A DNA stretch of 64,000 nucleotides from Burkholderiales bacterium (GTDB lineage Bacteria; Pseudomonadota; Gammaproteobacteria; Burkholderiales; Burkholderiaceae_C). The position numbers were made by a program, and so were the translations under genes. The DNA lies in assembly GCA_031360885.1 (NCBI GenBank), contig JANMCC010000197.1, forward strand, positions 1,026 through 65,025, given 5' to 3'. Below are positions 57,694-64,000 of this stretch, piece after piece. The number at the start of each line of letters is the position of its first letter. Position 1 is the stretch's first letter. Below the pieces are notes generated by a model that was given only the letters and a program-made list of their open reading frames with translations, ran no database searches and was not told where the DNA came from.

Positions 57694-58404
57694 ATGGCCG
57701 CATTGCTCTCGCTCACCGACCTGCACGCCCGCTACGGCGACAGCCACGTGCTGCGCGGCGTCTCGCTCGAGATCCCGGCCGGGATCTCGCTCGGCCTGCT
57801 CGGCAGGAACGGCATGGGCAAGACGACGCTGATCCGCACCGCGATGGGCTACGTGCGTGCCGCCGGCGGGACGGTCGCCTGGCAGGACCGCGACGTCACC
57901 GGCGCGCCGCCCGAGCGCATGGCGCGCCTGGGCATCGGCTACGTGCCCGAAGGCCGCGGCATCTTCGCCAACCTCTCGGTGCGCGAGAACCTGGTGATGA
58001 CGGCGCGCCCCGGCCCCGAGGGCGCGCGCGACTGGACCTTCGAGCGGGTGATGGAAACCTTTCCGCGCCTCGCCGAGCGGCTCGACCACGGCGGCCAGCA
58101 ACTCTCCGGCGGCGAGCAGCAGATGCTCGCCATCGGCCGGGCGCTGATGACGAACCCGCGCCTGCTGATCCTCGACGAGGCGACCGAAGGCCTGGCGCCG
58201 CTGATCGTGGCCGAGATCTGGCGCACCATCGCCACGATCCGCGGCACCGGCATCGCGACCCTGATCGTCGATCGCAACGCCCGCGCCGTGCTCGCCCACA
58301 CCGACCGCGCGGTCGTGCTCGAGAAGGGGCTGGTCGTGATGCAGGGCGAGTCGGCGGCGGTAGCGGCCGAGGGCGCGGCGCTGGCGCGGCATCTCGGCGT
58401 CTAG
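57694..58404 (+). CDS. ABC transporter ATP-binding protein (LivF-like)
   Basis: GRNGMGKTT, LSGGEQQM, LILDEATEG. Confidence 0.95.
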   Translation: MAALLSLTDLHARYGDSHVLRGVSLEIPAGISLGLLGRNGMGKTTLIRTAMGYVRAAGGTVAWQDRDVTGAPPERMARLGIGYVPEGRGIFANLSVRENLVMTARPGPEGARDWTFERVMETFPRLAERLDHGGQQLSGGEQQMLAIGRALMTNPRLLILDEATEGLAPLIVAEIWRTIATIRGTGIATLIVDRNARAVLAHTDRAVVLEKGLVVMQGESAAVAAEGAALARHLGV

Positions 58405-58439
58405 CTCAGAATGGGCGCCTCCGCCCATCGCCCGCCGCC

Positions 58440-58754
58440 ATGATTCTCGAAATCGCCGACATCCGCATTGCTCCCGGCAGGAACGCCGAGTTCGACGCCG
58501 CCCTCCAGCGCGGCCTGGAGACCGTGATCTCGCGCGCCGAGGGCTACCGCATGCACCGCGTGGTCAAGGGCATCGAGTCGCCCGAGCGCTACATGCTGAT
58601 GATCTGGTGGGAGACGCTCGAGGACCACACCGTCAAGTTCCGCGGCGGACCGCTCTTTCCCGCATGGCGGGCGATCGTCGGACCGTTCTTCGCCTCGCCG
58701 CCCTCGGTCGAGCACTACACGGTCGTCACCGCGTCGCCCGGAACGCCGACGTGA
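58440..58754 (+). CDS. Antibiotic biosynthesis monooxygenase (ABM) family protein
   Basis: MILEIADIRI, GIESPERY, WETLEDHTVKFR. Confidence 0.88.
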   Translation: MILEIADIRIAPGRNAEFDAALQRGLETVISRAEGYRMHRVVKGIESPERYMLMIWWETLEDHTVKFRGGPLFPAWRAIVGPFFASPPSVEHYTVVTASPGTPT

Positions 58755-60127
58755 ACCCGCGGCGCTACGCCGCCGCGCTGCTGGCGGCGGCTCTCGGCGC
58801 CGGCGCCTTCGCCGCCTCGCCGGCGATCGGCGCCGCGGCGAAGGCCGCCGAGGTGCTGAAGGTGCGGCGCATCGACTACCGCGAACGCAAGCTCGGCAAC
58901 GGCCTCGCCGTGATCTCGGTCGAGAGCCACGCCAGCCCGACGGTGAGCGTGCAGGTCTGGTACCACGTCGGCGGCAGCGACGATCCGGCGGGCAAGTCGG
59001 GCTTCGCGCATCTCTTCGAGCACCTGATGTTCAAGGGCTCGAAGTACATGAAGAGCGAGCAGTTCGACCGCCTGACCGAAGACGTCGGCGGCGAGAACAA
59101 CGCGTTCACGAGCGAGGACGTCACGGCGTACCAGGCGGTCGTTCCCTCCAACCACCTCGAGACGCTGCTCTGGGCCGAGGCCGAGCGGCTCGTCAACCTC
59201 CGGGTCGACGAAGCCAACTTCCAGTCGGAGCGCGCCGTCGTCGAGGAGGAATTCCGGCAACGCGTGCTGGCCTCGCCGTACGGCCGTTTCTTCGAGGCGG
59301 TGAGCACCCGGCCGTATCTGCAGCATGCCTATCGCCGCGGCGTCATCGGCAGCATCGAGAACCTCGACGCCGCGGCGCTGGCCGACGTGGTCGCCTTCCA
59401 CGCCACCCACTACCGCGCCGACAACGCCACCCTGGTCGTCACCGGCGATTTCGATCCGCGCCAGCTCGACGCCTGGGTCGACAAGTACTTCGGCCCCGTC
59501 GCCCGGCCGGCCGCGCCGCTGCCGACGCGCGACTCGCGCGAGCCGCCGTGGAACGCAGACCGCACGATCGCGATCCGCTCGCCGAACGTTCCACTGCCGG
59601 CAGTGGCGACGGCCTGGCTGGCGCCGCCGGTGACCGACGCCGACGCGCCGGCGCTGCAGGTCGCCGCCGCCCTGCTCTCGGCCGGCGAGTCGTCCCGCCT
59701 CAACCAGGCGCTGGTCTATCGGCAGCAGATCGCGACCCAGGCGAGCTTCAGTGCCGACCTGCGCGCCGGACCCGGCCTCCTGATCGCCAGCGCCATCGCC
59801 GCCGGCGGCAAGGCGCCCGCCTCGGTGCGCGCCGCGCTGCTCGCCGAGGTGAAGCGGCTGGCGGAGCGACCGGCCACTCGTGGCGAGCTCGACAAGGTCA
59901 AGACCCAGATCCTGACGCAGGCCTTCAGCTCGCGGCAGACGCCGCTCGGCCTCGGCCAGTCGATCGGCGAGGCCGCCGTGCTCGGCGGCAACGCGAACCG
60001 CGTCAACACCGACCTCGTCGACCTGCAGCGCGTCAGCGCCGCCGACGTGCAGCGGGTGATGCGCCGCTACGTCACCGGCGCGCGCAGCGTCGCCATCGAC
60101 TATGTCCAGGATGCGAGCGCGAAATGA
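58751..60127 (+). CDS. M16-family zinc peptidase, catalytic subunit (exported)
   Basis: Inverted zinc motif HLFEH, NAFT, ERAVVEEE; signal peptide; GTGA overlap. Confidence 0.93.
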   Translation: MNPRRYAAALLAAALGAGAFAASPAIGAAAKAAEVLKVRRIDYRERKLGNGLAVISVESHASPTVSVQVWYHVGGSDDPAGKSGFAHLFEHLMFKGSKYMKSEQFDRLTEDVGGENNAFTSEDVTAYQAVVPSNHLETLLWAEAERLVNLRVDEANFQSERAVVEEEFRQRVLASPYGRFFEAVSTRPYLQHAYRRGVIGSIENLDAAALADVVAFHATHYRADNATLVVTGDFDPRQLDAWVDKYFGPVARPAAPLPTRDSREPPWNADRTIAIRSPNVPLPAVATAWLAPPVTDADAPALQVAAALLSAGESSRLNQALVYRQQIATQASFSADLRAGPGLLIASAIAAGGKAPASVRAALLAEVKRLAERPATRGELDKVKTQILTQAFSSRQTPLGLGQSIGEAAVLGGNANRVNTDLVDLQRVSAADVQRVMRRYVTGARSVAIDYVQDASAK

Positions 60128-61584
60128 AGCCTTCCGCACGACGCTTGCTGGCCCCTGGGCTCGGCCTCCTCGTCGCCGTTGCGGCAAGCGCCCAGCCGTT
60201 CGAGACGCCGCCCCCTCCGGCCGCGCCGCGGCCGCTGACGATCGCCGCGCCGGTCGAGCAGGCGCTGCCGAACGGCCTGCGCGTGATCGTCGCGCCGCGC
60301 GATGGCGTGCCGCTGGTGACGGCGATGCTGGTCGTGCTCTCCGGCAGCGAGCTCGACCCGCCGCAGCTTTCCGGCCTGGCCTCGATGACGGCGAGCCTGC
60401 TCACGCAGGGCACCCGTCGGCACACCGCACCGCAGATCGCGGCGGCCGCCGAGGCGCTCGGCGGTTCGCTCGAGAGCGACGCCGGCTGGAGCCAGTCGCT
60501 GGTGGCGATCACGGTGACGACGCCGCGGCTCGGCGCCGCGCTCGGCCTGGTCGCCGAGGTGACGCGCGAGCCGACCTTCGCCCCGGCCGAGCTCGACCGG
60601 TTGCGCAGCCAGACCCTCGACGCGCTCAAGGTGCGCTATGCCGACCCCGGCGCCCTGGCCGGCCTGACCGCGGCGCGCCTGGCGTACGGCAGCGGCCCCT
60701 GGGGCCACCCGGCGAGCGGCACCCCGGCGTCGCTGCCGCGTATCCGCCAGGCCGACCTGGTCGCCCTGCATCGCGCCACCTTCCGGCCCGACCGCGCCGT
60801 GCTGATCCTGGCCGGCGACGTCGCCCCGGACCGCGCGCTCGCCCTGGCGCGCACGCACTTCGGCGACTGGACCGCGCCCGCCGGCGTGGCGCCACCGCTG
60901 CCGCCCGCTCTGCCGGCGCTGGCCGCCGGCCCGGCGGTCGCGGTGATCGACATGCCTGCCGCCGGCCAGGCCGGCGTCGTTCTCGCGCTGCCGCTGCCGC
61001 CGCGCCAGGGCGCGGAGCGGGCCGCGGCCGACGTGCTCGACGCGGTGATCGGCGGCGGCTACTCGTCGCGCCTCAGCCAGGAGATCCGGATCAAGCGCGG
61101 CCTGAGCTACTCGGTCTTCAGCCGGATCGAGGCGCGTGGCGCAGGCGGCCTCTTCCAGGCGGCGTTGCAGACCAAGAACGAGTCGGCCGCGGAGGTCGTT
61201 TCGCTGTTGCAGGGCGAGCTCGACCGGGTGGTGCAGGCGCCGGTGCCGGCCGAGGAGCTGGCCTCGCGCAAGCTCTCGCTGATCGGCAGCTTCAGCCGCA
61301 GCGTCGAAACCACCGCCGGCCTCGCCTCGGCGATCCGCTCGCTGGTGGCGAGCGGGCGCTCGCCGGTGGACCTGAAGACGCGGATCGCGACGCTCGAGGC
61401 GGTCGGCCCGGAGGACGTGCAGCGCTATGCCGCGACCCATTTCGGCGCGGCTGGCCGGCGGATCGCGGTCGCCGGCGTTGCCGACAAGTTCGCCGCGGCG
61501 CTGCGCAGCGGGGCGCCGGGGCTCGTCGTCGTCGGCCAGGACCAGCTCGATCTCGAGCGCCCGGGCGGCCTCAAGCGCGAGTAG
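60124..61584 (+). CDS. M16-family peptidase, non-catalytic partner subunit
   Basis: LPNGLRV, lacks HxxEH, SSRLSQEIRIKRGLSY; ATGA overlap. Confidence 0.9.
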   Translation: MKPSARRLLAPGLGLLVAVAASAQPFETPPPPAAPRPLTIAAPVEQALPNGLRVIVAPRDGVPLVTAMLVVLSGSELDPPQLSGLASMTASLLTQGTRRHTAPQIAAAAEALGGSLESDAGWSQSLVAITVTTPRLGAALGLVAEVTREPTFAPAELDRLRSQTLDALKVRYADPGALAGLTAARLAYGSGPWGHPASGTPASLPRIRQADLVALHRATFRPDRAVLILAGDVAPDRALALARTHFGDWTAPAGVAPPLPPALPALAAGPAVAVIDMPAAGQAGVVLALPLPPRQGAERAAADVLDAVIGGGYSSRLSQEIRIKRGLSYSVFSRIEARGAGGLFQAALQTKNESAAEVVSLLQGELDRVVQAPVPAEELASRKLSLIGSFSRSVETTAGLASAIRSLVASGRSPVDLKTRIATLEAVGPEDVQRYAATHFGAAGRRIAVAGVADKFAAALRSGAPGLVVVGQDQLDLERPGGLKRE

Positions 61585-61758
61585 GCGAGTGGGTGCCCGC
61601 ATGCCTCCCGGCCGAGGCAGGGCAGGCACCGAAGTCCAACCCGGCCGGGGGTCAAGGCAAACCCTTCGGACGCGACCGCCACTTTGCTGGGACAATAGTG
61701 CCCCCTTGCGAGCGACGCAGCGCCCCCCGGCGCGGCGGCCGCCATTACCAGGATCGCC

Positions 61759-62067
61759 ATGGCAACCCGTTCTTCCGCTCCCGCATCCGCCTCCAAAACC
61801 AGCAAAGTCGCCACGCCTGCAGCCAAGCCCCCCGCCGACCCCAGCGCCGCACTGAAGCTGCGCCAGACCCAGGCCGAATACGTCGCCGCGCGTCCAGCCG
61901 GCGAGCCGGGGGTCAAGCCGATGATGTCGAGCTCGAAGATGTACGTCTGCCGGCGTTGCCAGGCGAACTTCAAGACCGGCGACGGCAAGCCCGATTCACG
62001 CCTGCCCGGCCTGGGCAAGTGCAACAAGTGCCTGGCCGCAGCCGCGGCCTCGGCCCTCGCCGCCTGA
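61759..62067 (+). CDS. Small hypothetical protein with CxxC...CxxC zinc-ribbon-like motif
   Basis: AGGA RBS; YVCRRCQANF...GKCNKC; Ala/Pro/Ser-rich N-terminus. Confidence 0.6.
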   Translation: MATRSSAPASASKTSKVATPAAKPPADPSAALKLRQTQAEYVAARPAGEPGVKPMMSSSKMYVCRRCQANFKTGDGKPDSRLPGLGKCNKCLAAAAASALAA

Positions 62068-62224
62068 CGAGGTCCCGCCCGCCGCATTGCCGCGCCCGCG
62101 TCCGCTGCCAGACCTCCGAGCTGGCGGCGGATTTCACGGGCATGAGGTAACCAGAGGTAACGCGCCTCGAGGCGCCCCCGAGCCCCGTCGATATGCCGGT
62201 ATCCCGGACGACCGACCTCGCCGC

Positions 62225-62857
62225 ATGCCGACCTTGCTGACCCGCCTGTTGAGGGCCGTTCACACCGTGCCGCTGGAGATCGCGCGGCCCGTGCTCTTCT
62301 GGTGGGCGGCGCACAAGCGTCGCTCGGGTGCCTGGCGGGCGCGCCCGCCGTCGCGCGAAGCGCAGGAAACCCGCCCCGAACCGGCGATTCGCGCCCTGCA
62401 GGCCGACCTCGACCTGGTGCGCGCGATGCGCGTCGAGCTCGGCAAGGTGCTCGACGGCGACGATAGCTATCGGCAGACCTACCGCAACCTGGCGCGGTTC
62501 GAGCGCAAGCTCGACAAGTACGGCCTGCGCACGATCGAGCAGTTTCCCGTCGACCAGCTGCGCCGCGCGCTGCGCGAGTTCGAGGCGCTGGTGCGCAACT
62601 GGTCCTCGACCAGCCTGGCCGACCTGCGCTCGCGGATGGCGGTGGTGCTCGCCGATCGGTCGAGCGCGGCCTCGGTCTGGATCGCGGTGAACACGGTCAA
62701 CGGCGCGCACCGGCACGGGCCCGGCGTCGCCACGCGCCTGCCGGCAGGCACGGGCGCGGCGGCTCGCGCCGGCGTGCAGCGCGGCGGCCGGCACCTCGGC
62801 ATGTCACGCTTCAACTGGGCCGACGGCGGCTTCAATTCGACGAGCGCGCCGGCATAG
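62225..62857 (+). CDS. Hypothetical protein (helical domain)
   Basis: GC3-rich frame, LARFERKLDKYGL...LVRNWSSTSLADLRSRM; start uncertain. Confidence 0.6.
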   Translation: MPTLLTRLLRAVHTVPLEIARPVLFWWAAHKRRSGAWRARPPSREAQETRPEPAIRALQADLDLVRAMRVELGKVLDGDDSYRQTYRNLARFERKLDKYGLRTIEQFPVDQLRRALREFEALVRNWSSTSLADLRSRMAVVLADRSSAASVWIAVNTVNGAHRHGPGVATRLPAGTGAAARAGVQRGGRHLGMSRFNWADGGFNSTSAPA

Positions 62858-62929
62858 GGCGTTGTCCTACGAGACGCGACTCGGCAGAGGCACGAGAATC
62901 TGCGCGCATTCGCTTTTCGAGGAGGCGCC

Positions 62930-63136
62930 GTGCCGTATCCCAACGATCGCCGCAAGCACCAGGTGGAGGCCGACGAGGTTCTCTCGCCCGAGTACCTGGC
63001 GATGCTGATCGCTTGCGGCGGCGAGGTCCGTGCCACCGACCGCGAGGCGGCCCCCCACGGCCAGATGCAGCAGCGGCATGGGCGGCGCAAGGACGATCTG
63101 CCGCTGCCCGACACGGACCGGCGCCAGCCCGGCTGA
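62930..63136 (+). CDS. Small hypothetical protein (68 aa)
   Basis: GAGGAGG RBS before GTG 62930; plausible codon usage. Confidence 0.45.
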   Translation: MPYPNDRRKHQVEADEVLSPEYLAMLIACGGEVRATDREAAPHGQMQQRHGRRKDDLPLPDTDRRQPG

Positions 63137-63234
63137 CCCGGCAGGCGCGATGGCCCGCGACCGGCGGGCCAGGGGTCGAAATCCGCTTGCATAAGGCGTA
63201 CGCTGTCGTCGGCCACTCCCGATCCGGAGGCAGC

Positions 63235-63825
63235 ATGCAGCCCGACGCCGCCATCGCCACATTCCAGCTTTCCAGCGGCACCACGCTCACGCAGGCCTCG
63301 CCGTGGGACACCTTCGCGGTCACGCCGGAGTCGCCGGCCCTCGCGGTGATGACCGACCTGACGAAGGTGAAGGCGGCGACGATCCACCCGGATCAGACCT
63401 TGCGCCAGGCCGAGCAGACGATGATCTACCAGGGCGTTCGCATGCTGTTCGTGGTGAGCGAGATGCCCAGGCTCGAAGGCCTGATCACCAGCACCGACCT
63501 GCACAGCGAACGGCAGATGAGCCTGGTGCACTCGCGCAACCTCCGCTTCGACGAAGCGCGCGTGGCCGACGTGATGTCCGCCTTGTCGATGCTCGACGCG
63601 ATCGCCTTCGACAGCATGCGCGTCGCCACCGTGAGCAACCTGATCGCCACGCTCAGAAGCCTGGGCCGCAATCACCTGCTGGTGGTGCAGGCCGGGGCCG
63701 CAGGGACCGCGCGGCAGGTGCGCGGCGTGATCTCCCGGGCCCAGATCGAACGCCAGCTCGGGCGCCCGATCGAGGTGGCCGGCGTTGCCGGGAACTTCGC
63801 TGAAGTCGTGCGCGCCCTGCTCTGA
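63235..63825 (+). CDS. CBS domain-containing protein
   Basis: GGAGG RBS; AVMTDL, GVRMLFVV..GLITSTDL, VADVM, GVISRAQIERQLG. Confidence 0.88.
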   Translation: MQPDAAIATFQLSSGTTLTQASPWDTFAVTPESPALAVMTDLTKVKAATIHPDQTLRQAEQTMIYQGVRMLFVVSEMPRLEGLITSTDLHSERQMSLVHSRNLRFDEARVADVMSALSMLDAIAFDSMRVATVSNLIATLRSLGRNHLLVVQAGAAGTARQVRGVISRAQIERQLGRPIEVAGVAGNFAEVVRALL

Positions 63826-64000
63826 GTTCAGGGTCACGCCCGGGACGGGGTCACTCTTTTCTCGCTAGCTCGGGTCGGCTGCTTAGAGCAGGCATCGACC
63901 TGCACGAGAGCATGCACTCGCTTCACGACGAGCGATCAGGGCAAGCTATCGCCCTCATCGTTCGAGTACCGGAACCTTTTGGTGGAACAATGACCTAGGG

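Noticed and set aside
61650-61700. GGCAAACC…GGACGC resembling a c-di-GMP-I riboswitch
   Set aside because: Lacks the GAAA-capped stem, the following AAAG and the second hairpin.
95-63837. Many long ORFs overlapping called genes (e.g. 95-1984 +, 4672-6585 +, 35576-37705 +, 39264-42509 -, 45871-48120 - extension)
   Set aside because: Antisense or shifted shadow frames expected at very high GC; Arg/Ala/Gly/Pro-rich with no motifs, and they overlap clearly recognisable genes.
63826-64000. Lower-GC tail with GGGTCAC repeated twice, possibly the start of another island or repeat
   Set aside because: Too short and truncated by the window edge to support a call.
1-64000. CRISPR arrays, tRNA and rRNA genes
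   Set aside because: No regularly spaced repeats or recognisable structural RNA signatures found by eye; intergenic gaps are short.

Overview
A 64-kb window from a very GC-rich bacterial chromosome. Gene content and codon style suggest Betaproteobacteria/Burkholderiales (inference). About 65 genuine CDSs are present; most other ORFs in the six-frame track are GC-rich shadow frames. Main blocks: (1) 1-10.7 kb, a hydroxycinnamate/aromatic acyl-CoA catabolic cluster (ABC importer, thioesterase, feruloyl-CoA synthetase, crotonase, CouO-like amidohydrolase, PaaH). (2) 11-24 kb, redox/repair and signalling genes (msrB-msrA, cyclase-ATPase-TPR protein, GGDEF, HDOD, GST, glyoxalases, SelO). (3) 24.3-34.2 kb, an apparently lower-GC block with the DabAB inorganic-carbon pump, two NhaR-like LysRs and an HPF/YccA/TerB/TerC/ExoD/PsiE operon. 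(4) 34.3-37.6 kb, a compact candidate cyclic-nucleotide module: a P-loop ATPase-cyclase fusion, a metallophosphoesterase and a stand-alone cNMP-binding protein. (5) 37.7-41.4 kb, a GrdB-like/sugar kinase/SDR/cupin/RidA run. (6) 41.4-58.4 kb, the benzoyl-CoA (box) cluster and its ABC importer, interrupted by a TetR cassette (single PaaA-like di-iron protein, crotonase, Rieske ferredoxin, small protein, PaaK-like ligase) bracketed by identical 23-bp inverted sites. (7) An M16 peptidase pair and small hypotheticals. No rRNA, tRNA, CRISPR array, integrase or transposase was recognised. The best candidates for undescribed systems are blocks 4 and the TetR cassette in block 6. All calls come from reading motifs by eye; no searches were run.
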